Assembly (NCBI GenBank): GCA_963674735.2
Contig: CAXXQS010000001.1
Location: 2,016,001 to 2,080,000 of the forward strand
DNA length: 64,000 bases
Source: Myxococcota bacterium
GTDB taxonomy: Bacteria; Myxococcota_A; SURF-8
Direction of reading: 5' to 3'
The notes under the pieces were generated by a model, which had not been told where the DNA came from, ran no database searches, and worked only from the letters and a program-made list of their open reading frames with translations. Shown one piece after another: positions 31,135-41,055 of the stretch (positions are counted from its first letter, which is position 1; each line of letters opens with the position of its first letter). Both the position numbers and the translations under genes were made by a program.

Positions 31135-32883
31135 CTATTCACCCCAGCGGGAAGGATCCGAGACGATATCGCAATCCACAAACTCCGAACCATTCGCGTT
31201 TTTGTAGGGCGACCAGCAGTATTCCAGCATGTAGGCCACCTCAGTCGGTCGAACGTAAATGGTCTTGGGCGTCGTGCTATAATCATCGCGGCTCGGCTTA
31301 TAGTTGAAAGCGCCATCGGCCACGGACGCATCCCAGGGATCCCAGTAGGACCACTGACTGTACCAATCCGCCGAATCGCCATACCATTTCGCGACATAGC
31401 GTGCTTCTTCGGAAGTCAGGGGCATACCGGCTGTGGCGGCGGCAACCAGATGGGAGGCGACGTCGGCATACCATTCCGGTTTGCTATCGTGGGGTAACTT
31501 CACCTGTTCCATCCAATACTCAACGCGCTCGATCAGGCCCACCATCATGTTGCGCGCCATACCGTGGTAACCATGAACGTATGCCAACTCCAAAACGGCG
31601 AAGTGGAAGTAGCGGATAATGGCATTGTTGAAGTAATTCCCGATGGCTCCCTCTGCACCGGCCAGTTCCTCATACAGGTTCCGACCGGCCGTGCCGCAAT
31701 CGTTATCGCGCGGTTCACCATAGGCAATCAAGGCGGAAGACAACTTGGACTTGCACTCGGCCAGCGGGTCGAGAAGCTCGAAGTTGTTGAAACTGGCCAG
31801 ATCGTTCACCACTTGGTTTTCACAATAGGGATCGTACGATTCGGGATCGTCCTGGTCGTAGCAAGCTTTCGGGATATAGGCTTGGCCGTCCTCGCCCTTC
31901 GTTCGGATGTAGTATCCCTGATCCACGATGTCTTTTGCAAACCCGACCAAATACTCGTAGGCCCATTCGGCGGCGGCCTTTACCTCGGCATCTTCGGCAT
32001 TTTCGGCCAGATACTTGACCATCGGGACCGAGCGAAACATGTGCGGCACATCGTCCTTCGAACGCATGGTCCGGACCCAGATCGGCCCCCACCAGGGATT
32101 GGACGGATTGGGAATCGTCAAGGCATTCCAGCTATAAACGGTGTGATCCTTAACCGGATCGTAGTCGACGGCAACCTTGCGGCCGCCTTCCATTTCATAG
32201 CTGTGATTGATCGTGAACAGCGCGCGCGTCTGCAAGTATTTTACCGGCTCGTCCTCGCTCCAATCGTAAGCCAAGGAGAGCGCCACCAACCCTTTCAGGT
32301 ATTGAATCACGATGCGGCGGAACATTTCATCACCGGTGTACAAGTAACCGGCAATCACGTTATTAAGCACTTTGCATGTTCGCAGGGTCAGATTGTCGGC
32401 TCCGCCGGTATGGGAGAAAGTAATGGTATCGCCCGACTTGGACGCCTGGGTGTCCTGCCACCAGAGCTTGTAGTCCGGCATATCGGGATTATAAGATGCA
32501 TCCAGGCCGTGGCTCATCCACCACACCCAGTTGAAATAACCACTGTCTTTCCAGAAACCAGTGATTTTCTTGGTAAATGCGGTGATTTCCGCAGCCGTCA
32601 TCGGCTCGCCCACATCCTCGCGGGTCGTTTCAAAGGCAGGCGGCAAATCTTCTTCGGCTTCTATCTCATCTTCGGATTCCAATTCGGCGTCGAGTTCTTC
32701 TTCCGGCTCCAGTTCTTCATCGCCATCCGGGACGACGGTATCGTCATCGCCATCGACCTGCGGTTCTTCATTGGCCGCGTCCTGATCGCCATCGACTGCC
32801 GTTTCGTCTTCACTGCCGCCACACCCGAAAGCGAGCAAACCAACCAACATCCATACGATCATCCAGCTCACGCTGCGTACCAT
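31135..32883 (-). CDS. Lipoprotein of unknown function with DGD/Glu-rich N-terminal linker
   Basis: Lipobox AFGC, VDGDQD/VDGDDD/PDGDEE, then an aromatic-rich ~480-aa domain. Confidence 0.85.
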   Translation of the reverse strand: MVRSVSWMIVWMLVGLLAFGCGGSEDETAVDGDQDAANEEPQVDGDDDTVVPDGDEELEPEEELDAELESEDEIEAEEDLPPAFETTREDVGEPMTAAEITAFTKKITGFWKDSGYFNWVWWMSHGLDASYNPDMPDYKLWWQDTQASKSGDTITFSHTGGADNLTLRTCKVLNNVIAGYLYTGDEMFRRIVIQYLKGLVALSLAYDWSEDEPVKYLQTRALFTINHSYEMEGGRKVAVDYDPVKDHTVYSWNALTIPNPSNPWWGPIWVRTMRSKDDVPHMFRSVPMVKYLAENAEDAEVKAAAEWAYEYLVGFAKDIVDQGYYIRTKGEDGQAYIPKACYDQDDPESYDPYCENQVVNDLASFNNFELLDPLAECKSKLSSALIAYGEPRDNDCGTAGRNLYEELAGAEGAIGNYFNNAIIRYFHFAVLELAYVHGYHGMARNMMVGLIERVEYWMEQVKLPHDSKPEWYADVASHLVAAATAGMPLTSEEARYVAKWYGDSADWYSQWSYWDPWDASVADGAFNYKPSRDDYSTTPKTIYVRPTEVAYMLEYCWSPYKNANGSEFVDCDIVSDPSRWGE

Positions 32884-33065
32884 CGCAAAGCCTCCAATTT
32901 TCGAATGTTTTGGGCCAAGTACAACCTTGCCGGATCTCTTGTTCTTGAAGTTATCGCAGTTCTCGAAGAACAGACTCCCACGGCCTGCATCTTAAAACGC
33001 AAAGCCAACTTGGGCAAGGAATGTTTTCGCGAATAGCATCACGAAGATTGAAGAAAACGGCGAGT

Positions 33066-33782
33066 TTACAAACCAAGAAACACGATCGCCGCCCCGGAAA
33101 GGGCAATAATAAACCCCGCAATCGCATGGATATACCGCTCCAGCCACTGGGTCGGAAGGATGTGAAAACCCAAACTGAGCAGGATGGTGATCGTGGTCAT
33201 CGTAGCGATGGTGACGACACCGAAAACGGTCGCGACAAACGCGACTCCCGCCCATGAATGAGCGGCAGCTGGAAACATGAGCAATGGAATCAAGGGTTCG
33301 CAGGGACCCAGAACGAAAACGACAAACAGAGCCCAGACCGTCACCGATTTGTGACCATCCGCGCTCGGGTGCGGATGTGCATGCGTGTGCTCGTCGTGGC
33401 TGTGCTCGTGATCGTGATTTTCGCCATTATGGAGATGGAAATGGCGGTGGGGTTTCTTTTTCCAGGCATTTCGCAACCCCCAAACCCCATAGGCCAAACC
33501 GAATGCCATCAACAGATAGCTGGCCAGCTCACCACGAGTCCCTTCAATGCCCTCCAAATTGGAGACGGCGATACCCAATGCAATACCGACAGCGCCCAAA
33601 ACGATGGACGACAGCACATGCCCCAAACCGCAAAGGGCCGTAATAAACGCGATTTTGGGTAGGCTCCATGATCGGGCTTTGCCGATCATGACAAAGGGCA
33701 GGTAGTGATCGGGACCGAAAAGGGTGTGTATAAAGCCCAAACTGGCCGCTGTTACCGCAATAACGCCGACATCGCCGGTCAT
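33066..33782 (-). CDS. Nickel/cobalt transporter-like membrane protein (NicO/UreH-like, His-rich loop)
   Basis: HTLFGPDHY in TM1, HRHFHLH...HDHEHSHDEHTHAHPH loop and LGPCEPL. Confidence 0.82.
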   Translation of the reverse strand: MTGDVGVIAVTAASLGFIHTLFGPDHYLPFVMIGKARSWSLPKIAFITALCGLGHVLSSIVLGAVGIALGIAVSNLEGIEGTRGELASYLLMAFGLAYGVWGLRNAWKKKPHRHFHLHNGENHDHEHSHDEHTHAHPHPSADGHKSVTVWALFVVFVLGPCEPLIPLLMFPAAAHSWAGVAFVATVFGVVTIATMTTITILLSLGFHILPTQWLERYIHAIAGFIIALSGAAIVFLGL

Positions 33783-33823
33783 GTGTTGCCTCGTCGGTGA
33801 AAGGGGTCGAAAATCCATATTTC

Positions 33824-33872
33824 GTAGCACTATTGCAGAAATAGTACTACCACTACTAACAAGTCCTGTCAA
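33824..33872 (-). promoter_or_regulatory. Putative NikR-type operator overlapping a sigma70 promoter
   Basis: GTAGCACTATT-GCAGA-AATAGTACTAC (10/11 inverted repeat, 33824-33850). TTGACA on the minus strand at 33872-33867. Confidence 0.55.
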
Positions 33873-34105
33873 CGCTTGAAATCATTCCGCATTGCAAATC
33901 AATCCAGTTTCAAGATCGCTTTTTCAGTTGACGAAAGGGTACCGCCGCGATTGGCTACAATCACTCACGAAGTGCTATAATCTACAGATTATGGCGAAGC
34001 TTGCGACACAGGTTCCAATGCGGGAATGACGAAATGGTTGACCCTTTCATGATAAGCTCTACGATGGAGTCGGATTGGTTTCATGGTCGCAGGAGGATTC
34101 TTTCC

Positions 34106-35599
34106 ATGATGTCCCCACGTTGGCTGTTTGCAGGGTTGTTTATTCTGCTGGTTGCCTGCTCCGGCTCGCCTGATTCCCCGCCCGATGGCGATGGTGAGGC
34201 CACTTCCGAGCTGGAAGCCGATCCCTGTTCGGGTGCGGCGGTGGATTGTACACCGGGCGTGTGTGTGGCAAAGAACGGTCAGGCGAGTTGCGATTGTCCG
34301 GATGGATATATGCCGGTGCGCTATTCCTGCGAATCCGTCAGCGATGGCGATACGGATTTCCCGGATGGTGATCTTCCGGGGGATGGTGATATGGAATGCG
34401 AGGAGACGGATCGCGACGCGGATCCGGAAGAGGCGGAGGATAACATCTGCGACCACCTCCCCACCGACGGACCTTTCGCCGGATTGCCATGCTGCGGCGT
34501 GGAAGCGATGGTGTTTCCCTGTATCTCGGATCTGCCGATTGTCCAAACAGATAATCAGGGCGGATTCAGAATTGGCGCAACAGATAACAATAATCTTTTC
34601 CCTCTTGGTGTTTGGAACGAATGGATACTCGTTACTTATTCGAGTACTCATTATCAAACCGGAAGTTATATCTGCAATTATTACAGCGGATTATGTTCAT
34701 TGCTGACCGATGAAGCTGCATCTCTCAATGGTTCCATTCGCGACAACCACATAATTTGGGAGGAGATTGAAGAGTGGACCGAAGGTCAGACACAGAAGCG
34801 CGGTAGTTTGTGGAGCAGTCCGCTCGATAAAATCCAGCGTATCCAAGTTTCCGACAGCATTACCGCCAAGTTCACCCAACATATTTACGGCGACCGTTTC
34901 TACTGGATCGGACGCAATCGCGTTGAAGACGACCCGACTGGCCATGTATATACGCTCAACGAGCAGGGGCAGGAAGAGCACCTCGATCAGGCCAGCGGCA
35001 GCGTGGCAACCTTCACCGTTTACGACAACATGCTTACCCTCCTGAATGGGGCCAACCAACTGATTCGTTTGAATCTGGACGACCGCAGCGAAACCCTGAT
35101 TCATGACTACGCCTATGCGGTCGGCAACCTGGCTCAGTGGGGTCATACTCTTTATGCAACCGACCTCTCCAATTCTCCCAACCCCTTCTCGCATTGCGGG
35201 GTATCGATCATCACCTACAATCTGGACACCTTGGAGCGCACGCCGTTGAAACAAAACGACGGCGAACGCGAATATTGGGTGGAAGATGTCTGGGAGGACT
35301 GGATGGTTTTTGTTACCTGCAATGAGGGGGCGGCTGATGATCCGAATGAGACCTGCTGTGAGAGCAGCGGTATGGGTGATATCTGGCTGCGTTATCTGCC
35401 GACAGGTGAGGAATGGAATTTATCCGACGCTTTCGGCGATCAGGTTGGGGCTCGAATGTGGGGTCCGTTGGTGATCTGGCGAGACGGTCGCAACCGGATA
35501 GACGGTAAAGGCAAGGCGCTCTACGGCATCGACCTGTGCAAGCATGCCGAATTGAAATCCCGCTTCAGTGAGTGCGCGAGCGAAATAGGACAAAAATAA
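34106..35599 (+). CDS. Lipoprotein with EGF-like domain, DGD linker and TolB-like beta-propeller
   Basis: AGGAGG RBS, lipobox LVAC, DPCSGAAVDCTPGVCV...CDCPDGY, PDGD repeats and VIWRDGRN. Confidence 0.8.
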   Translation: MMSPRWLFAGLFILLVACSGSPDSPPDGDGEATSELEADPCSGAAVDCTPGVCVAKNGQASCDCPDGYMPVRYSCESVSDGDTDFPDGDLPGDGDMECEETDRDADPEEAEDNICDHLPTDGPFAGLPCCGVEAMVFPCISDLPIVQTDNQGGFRIGATDNNNLFPLGVWNEWILVTYSSTHYQTGSYICNYYSGLCSLLTDEAASLNGSIRDNHIIWEEIEEWTEGQTQKRGSLWSSPLDKIQRIQVSDSITAKFTQHIYGDRFYWIGRNRVEDDPTGHVYTLNEQGQEEHLDQASGSVATFTVYDNMLTLLNGANQLIRLNLDDRSETLIHDYAYAVGNLAQWGHTLYATDLSNSPNPFSHCGVSIITYNLDTLERTPLKQNDGEREYWVEDVWEDWMVFVTCNEGAADDPNETCCESSGMGDIWLRYLPTGEEWNLSDAFGDQVGARMWGPLVIWRDGRNRIDGKGKALYGIDLCKHAELKSRFSECASEIGQK

Positions 35600-35600
35600 C

Positions 35601-37286
35601 ATGCGTGTGGCGTTCGTCAGTTTTCATTGTCGCTATCATTATCAAACCATTGCCGGTCCTTTTTTACAGGCTGCCGTGGCAAAACATCAACCCGATGTCG
35701 AATGGCGCAGCTTCGAGTTTTTGACTTCATCGCCGGTATCAAACGCCCTATCGGACTTGCTGGACTACCAACCGGATGTGGTGGCTTTCTCCTCCTATCT
35801 TTGGAGTCTCGACATACAAGGTCAGCTGGCGGCACGGCTCAAACTCGTCTTACCGAATGCAAAAAGGATTATGGGCGGACCGGAATCCTGGCTGGCGCTT
35901 GAGGAACCCGACCACCCCTTGCTAACCCCATTTGATGTAATCGTACTAGGCGAGGCGGAAAACGAATTCCCGGTCCTACTCGATCGAATTGGACGAGACG
36001 AAACACCGGAGCCCATCATCCGCGCGGAACCGATTGAAAATCTCGACAAGCTGCCCTCCCCTTATCAAATGGGACTTTTTCGCGATGATGCGCCCTATTT
36101 GCACATGGAAACGTCACGGGGTTGCGTGAATCGCTGCACATTCTGCACCAGTGCGTATTCGCCAACACGCCTTTATTCAGTCGACCGCTGGCGAGACGAT
36201 CTCGACGCCGTTCTGAATCGCTTTGAAAACCTTCATCGCATCAACCTGCTCGACCGTAGTTTCAATGAACATACCGACCGGATGGTGTCGATCATCGACG
36301 GATTTTTCGAGAAATCCAATTCACAGATGCTGCATATCGAAATGCACCCCGATTTTATCGACGATGATCAGTTGAACTACCTGAAATCGCTACCGTCCAA
36401 TCGTTTGCATATCGAGATGGGCATACAAAGTTTCGATAAACGGACCTTGGCACATGTGGGGAGAAAAACCGATCCCGAACATGTTGAACGGCTTGTGAAA
36501 ACCTTTGCCGGATTCGATTCCGTTTCCTTGCACGTCGATCTGATAGCGGGACTGCCCAAACAAAAACAGTCGGATATTCGCGATTCGGTCGAGACACTCT
36601 GCGCATTGCAACCGGATGACATCCAACTCGAACGGCTCAAGATGCTACCCGGAACGATCATTCGGAAGAGTCTCAATCATTCCATCGTTTACGCGCCGAC
36701 TCCGCCGTGGGAAGTCCTGAAAACGGATGACTACAGTGCAAGCGAGCTCTTCGAGTCGGACCGCTTGTCACGGCTTTTGGATCGCTTTTACAACTCGGCC
36801 TATTTCTCGCGGACATTGCGAAAGATGGCTTCGGAACTGGGAAGCTGGAATCGCTTGTGGGATTTGCTGGGAGAAAAGGAGGACAGAGAAAACCCGAGTT
36901 CCGTCTTTCAGCGATTTCGATACCTGGAAGCGATAATAGATGAGCACAACCTGTCCAATCGCGTTCGCGAGCAGTGGCGGTTCGATTTGTTTTTACACGG
37001 CCGCTATCGCTTAGCCAGCCAACTGGCTTTAGAGCCCGAATACAACCGGCGGCTGGTCCCGATATTACGGGCACAATCCCATAAAGGAAAAGGGCATATC
37101 GAGCTTTTCGACAATCCAATTGAAGACCTGCCAAGCTTCAAAACGCCGGGCTTATTACTCTTCTTACATCAGCCCAAGCGGGTATTGCTTTTCGAGGTCG
37201 ATGATTCCAGCGAAGCGATTCAGGTGGATCTGTTGGCGATTTCGACCCGAGGCAAGCTGGAAAGAGTTCAATCGGAATCCCAATAA
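35601..37286 (+). CDS. B12-binding radical SAM protein
   Basis: AFSSYLW/GGPE/GEAE cobalamin-binding domain and ETSRGCVNRCTFC. Confidence 0.92.
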   Translation: MRVAFVSFHCRYHYQTIAGPFLQAAVAKHQPDVEWRSFEFLTSSPVSNALSDLLDYQPDVVAFSSYLWSLDIQGQLAARLKLVLPNAKRIMGGPESWLALEEPDHPLLTPFDVIVLGEAENEFPVLLDRIGRDETPEPIIRAEPIENLDKLPSPYQMGLFRDDAPYLHMETSRGCVNRCTFCTSAYSPTRLYSVDRWRDDLDAVLNRFENLHRINLLDRSFNEHTDRMVSIIDGFFEKSNSQMLHIEMHPDFIDDDQLNYLKSLPSNRLHIEMGIQSFDKRTLAHVGRKTDPEHVERLVKTFAGFDSVSLHVDLIAGLPKQKQSDIRDSVETLCALQPDDIQLERLKMLPGTIIRKSLNHSIVYAPTPPWEVLKTDDYSASELFESDRLSRLLDRFYNSAYFSRTLRKMASELGSWNRLWDLLGEKEDRENPSSVFQRFRYLEAIIDEHNLSNRVREQWRFDLFLHGRYRLASQLALEPEYNRRLVPILRAQSHKGKGHIELFDNPIEDLPSFKTPGLLLFLHQPKRVLLFEVDDSSEAIQVDLLAISTRGKLERVQSESQ

Positions 37287-37628
37287 AGACACGCACTCGA
37301 TTATCTTCCCGGCCACCAGTTCTTCAGCATCAAACCCGTGTGTCCCAAAACTCCATCCGAATAAGATTTGGCAACGAATACCCGATGAAAAACGAGCCTG
37401 TTAACATGGATGACATGGATTACGACGGCAGGGATCGCCAATTTCACATCCTCTTTGCCCGAACCCTCCATTAAAAGTAGACGGCCAACGGCTGACAGGG
37501 AAGCTTCGCTGAAGCAAAGGGGTATTGGTTAAAATGTCGGGAACTCTATGAATCGATGAAGATGCAGCGCAGAATTGACAAAGTCGATACTTGGCTTTCA
37601 TCTCTCCCAGATGCTGACTAGCTTCAGC

Positions 37629-38435
37629 TCACGCCCCTTCCCCCTGGCATTTCTCGCAGATGTGGGTGCCACGCTGGCCGACCACCAGACGGAGGATGGG
37701 TGTCCCGCAGGTTGGACAAGGCTCGCCCGCACGTCCGTAAACCCGAAGGAAATCCTGCATATGGCCGCCTGGATAAATCCAGTCGAGACTTGTTCCATTA
37801 TGGCGAATGCCGTCGCGTAACACCGCCCGAATGGCCCGGTGCAGACGACGCGCATCATCCTGCGTCAACCGATCCGACAACCGCAGCGGATGCAGTCGCG
37901 CCCGAAACAGCGCCTCATCGGTATAGATGTTTCCCAGTCCGGCCATCACCGATTGATCGAGTAAAAGCGGTTTGAGGCGACGCGAGCGATGCTTCAGAAG
38001 CGACAACAAATCCCGGGCCGAAAAGCTTTTCTCCAGAGGTTCCACACCCAGATGCGCCGTGGCGGAATCCAAGTCATCGGCAAAGCGAATACGTCCGAAC
38101 TTACGCGCGTCATGAAACAGGAGCCGCGAGCCGTCGTCCAAAGTCCAAACGGCGCGGACATGCGTCGGATCCGCTTCTCCCGGTACGCCCCATTCGAAGC
38201 GTCCGCTCATGCGCAGGTGCGTGAGCACATAGCCCGCCGGGGCGAGGCTCCAGACAATCAGTTTGCCCCTTCGACTCACTTGCCGCACCTGACATCCAAG
38301 CATGGCGGCCGTGGCTCGTTCAAGATCCGGCAACACCTGACGAGGCCAGCTTGACGTAAACGCAACAATATTCCGCCCTTCCAGTTTCGGGGCGATATTG
38401 CGAGCGATGGTTTCGACTTCGGGAAGCTCAGGCAT
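37629..38435 (-). CDS. mutM: Formamidopyrimidine-DNA glycosylase
   Basis: MPELPEVET, HLRMSG, GLGNIY and a C-terminal CPTC...CEKCQ zinc finger. Confidence 0.97.
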   Translation of the reverse strand: MPELPEVETIARNIAPKLEGRNIVAFTSSWPRQVLPDLERATAAMLGCQVRQVSRRGKLIVWSLAPAGYVLTHLRMSGRFEWGVPGEADPTHVRAVWTLDDGSRLLFHDARKFGRIRFADDLDSATAHLGVEPLEKSFSARDLLSLLKHRSRRLKPLLLDQSVMAGLGNIYTDEALFRARLHPLRLSDRLTQDDARRLHRAIRAVLRDGIRHNGTSLDWIYPGGHMQDFLRVYGRAGEPCPTCGTPILRLVVGQRGTHICEKCQGEGA

Positions 38436-38633
38436 GACGCGACTGTAAACCAGTCCACCAACCGAGGCAAGGAGAACCGACAGGAATATCTCAAACAATT
38501 TCCTGCGATTTATACGTCCTTATTTTACGCGTGACCGCTTTTAACTTGACACACCGCGTTGCTGTTTTCTAGTCTGCTTCATCATGCGCAAAGACTGGAT
38601 TGCGCCCTCATTCGATTCAAGGAGTTAACTCGC

Positions 38634-40019
38634 ATGCAAAAAGTAATCGAAGCGGATATCGTCGTTGTTGGCGCAGGATCGGCCGGTGCGGCAGCCGCCT
38701 ACCACCTCGCCGGTGCAGGCTTCGACGTCGTGTGTCTCGATAGCCGTCCATTAAACGAATCGGGGGCGCGTTGGGTCAATGCCATGCCTCCGTGGATGTT
38801 CGACCGGGCCGCTATTGCGCGGCCTGAATATCCCGAGCGTGTTGGGATGGGCGATCGCTTGATAATGATTACGAAAGATCTCGAAGCTAACGCCACACTC
38901 AATCCCAATCCGATTTACCCTACCGATATGCGCAAACTGGTGGCCCGCCTGCAGCGTCTGGCTACCGATGCCGGTGTGCGTTTCATCGGTGAATACATGG
39001 CGGCCCGTCTCGATTTCGACGGCGAACGTCCGGTGGCGCTCCAAGCCGAGAGCACCCGTCGTGGCGGTGCCGAATCCTTGACCCTTAGAGCCCGTCTGTA
39101 TGTCGACGCCTCGGGGATGACCGGCGCGATCCGCCGCCTGACACCGCAACTCAAACGCGACTGCCCCAAGGTCCAACCATCCGACATCTGCTCGGCGGCA
39201 ATGGAAATGTGCGATATCATCGACAAACCCGCCGCGCGCGACTGGCTCGACCGCCACAAGGCCGTCCCCGGAGAATTCGTTTCTTTCACCGGCGTCAAGG
39301 GTGGTTTTTCAACCGCCTGCTACACGGTTCATCGCGATCTCAGTTCCATCGAAGTGTTGAGCGGTGTCGTCAGCGAAGGGATCCGCCCCAGCGGCCCGCA
39401 GTATCTGGCCGAAATGAAATCCGATAAGCCCTGGATCGGGCGTGCGCAATTCGGCGGTTCCGGCCTGATTCCCATTCGCCGCCCTTACGATCGGCTGGCC
39501 GCCCCCGGCGTCGTGCTGCTCGGTGACAGCGCCTGCCATGTCTTTCCCGCCAACGCCAGCGGCGTCGGAGCGGGACTCATTGGCGCCCGCATTCTGGCCG
39601 AAAGCCTCGCGCAATTCCAAGACCCGGGTTGCCTGGAAGCCGTGTGGAGTTATCAGGCCAACACTCAGCGCGAAGTGGGCAGCTTACTGGCCAGTTTCGA
39701 CCCCTTCCGTCGTCTGTCCCAGACCTTCAGCGAAGAGGAAGTGGACGACTTGGTCAAGTCGGGACTCGTGAGCGGCAGCACCATGTATGCGGGCATTGCC
39801 CAGGCTTTGCCCAAACCCTCCCCAAAACAAGGACTCGACATCGTCCGTGGCATTATGCACAGCCCCAAATTGGCCGCACGCATGGGAACTGCCATGGCCA
39901 AGATGCCGCTGGTGTATGCGCTTTACAAAAACTACCCCCAAACACCCGATGAGGCCGCTCTCAAGCGCTTTTCGCAACGCATCGCCAAGATTATGGGAAC
40001 GGAGCCGGACTTGGCATAA
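38634..40019 (+). CDS. FAD-dependent oxidoreductase (geranylgeranyl reductase-like)
   Basis: VVGAGSAG, VDASG and LLGDSACHVFP motifs. Confidence 0.85.
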   Translation: MQKVIEADIVVVGAGSAGAAAAYHLAGAGFDVVCLDSRPLNESGARWVNAMPPWMFDRAAIARPEYPERVGMGDRLIMITKDLEANATLNPNPIYPTDMRKLVARLQRLATDAGVRFIGEYMAARLDFDGERPVALQAESTRRGGAESLTLRARLYVDASGMTGAIRRLTPQLKRDCPKVQPSDICSAAMEMCDIIDKPAARDWLDRHKAVPGEFVSFTGVKGGFSTACYTVHRDLSSIEVLSGVVSEGIRPSGPQYLAEMKSDKPWIGRAQFGGSGLIPIRRPYDRLAAPGVVLLGDSACHVFPANASGVGAGLIGARILAESLAQFQDPGCLEAVWSYQANTQREVGSLLASFDPFRRLSQTFSEEEVDDLVKSGLVSGSTMYAGIAQALPKPSPKQGLDIVRGIMHSPKLAARMGTAMAKMPLVYALYKNYPQTPDEAALKRFSQRIAKIMGTEPDLA

Positions 40020-40053
40020 AGGGCGGGAAAAACCGGATTCGGGAATTCTCGGT

Positions 40054-40986
40054 TCAGGGATTCAGCACGGCTTTGAGAGCCACGCCCAGGCTGGGATATC
40101 GGTAGCGGAACCCGGCTCCAAGCAGACGCTCGGGGTACACTTTCGCACCTTCCAACAGAAGCGACTGCCCCATCTCGCCGAAAAGCAATCGCACCATCGG
40201 AGCGGGGATCGGAAACACGGCAGGCCGATGGAGTGCACGGCCCAAAGCTTTCGTAAAAACTGCGTTCGATACCGGTTCCGGCGCCACGGCGTTCACCGGC
40301 CCATCCAACTCTTCGTTCTCGATACAAAACCCGATGGCCGACACCAGATCATCGAGCGTGATCCAACTCATTCCCTGACGACCCGCTCCCAAACGCCCAC
40401 CTACACCGAGCTTAAAAGGGGGTAACATGCGTTTGAGCGCCCCGCCATTGCTGCTCAATACCACTCCGATGCGCAAGTTGACCACTCGCAATCCCGCCGC
40501 GCGGGCCGCTTCGGTTGCCGCTTCCCATACCCGGCAGACCTCGGACAAGAAACCGGTTCCCGACTCGCTGGCTTCGCTGATCCGCTCATCGGGACGATGT
40601 CCGTAATAACCGATGGCGGACGCCGAAATCATAACTGGAGGTGGAGAAGAAAGCCCCGCCAAACACTCGGCAAGAAGCCGCGTTCCCATTCGGCGGCTCT
40701 CCAGAATGGCCGCCTTCTTATCGGGAGTCCAGCGACCCTCCGCCAGGCTTTCTCCCGCGAGATGCACCAAAGCCTGCAGACCTTCCAGAGCGGCCCGGTC
40801 GATTTCACCTGTGGCGGGATTCCAGCGAATGTCGTTCGGGGAGACGTTTTTGCCGCGCACGAGTTTCGCAACCTGCCAGCCTTCGTTCTCCAATCGCTCG
40901 GATAACGCCTGCCCGACCAACCCGCTCGCCCCGCTGATGGCGATGCGCCTGATTGGAGACTCTGGACGACCGGATACCTGTGTCAT
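40054..40986 (-). CDS. TIGR01777-family NAD-dependent epimerase/oxidoreductase
   Basis: SGASGLVG, HLAGE, SASAIGYYG and GPVNAVAP motifs. Confidence 0.93.
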   Translation of the reverse strand: MTQVSGRPESPIRRIAISGASGLVGQALSERLENEGWQVAKLVRGKNVSPNDIRWNPATGEIDRAALEGLQALVHLAGESLAEGRWTPDKKAAILESRRMGTRLLAECLAGLSSPPPVMISASAIGYYGHRPDERISEASESGTGFLSEVCRVWEAATEAARAAGLRVVNLRIGVVLSSNGGALKRMLPPFKLGVGGRLGAGRQGMSWITLDDLVSAIGFCIENEELDGPVNAVAPEPVSNAVFTKALGRALHRPAVFPIPAPMVRLLFGEMGQSLLLEGAKVYPERLLGAGFRYRYPSLGVALKAVLNP

Positions 40987-41055
40987 GTCGCCTCCCGTCC
41001 CGCAGCATAGGTTTACCAGCGTTTTCTCAGTTGCAGACAGCCGATTTTCGACCTG

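Noticed and set aside
31564-33036. 490-aa + strand ORF (and similar 54987-56843, 58072-59022, 41107-42174)
   Set aside because: These are antisense to well-supported genes.
34005-34035. REP/dRS3-like GCGGGAATGAC motif
   Set aside because: It is a single degenerate copy with no intact palindrome.
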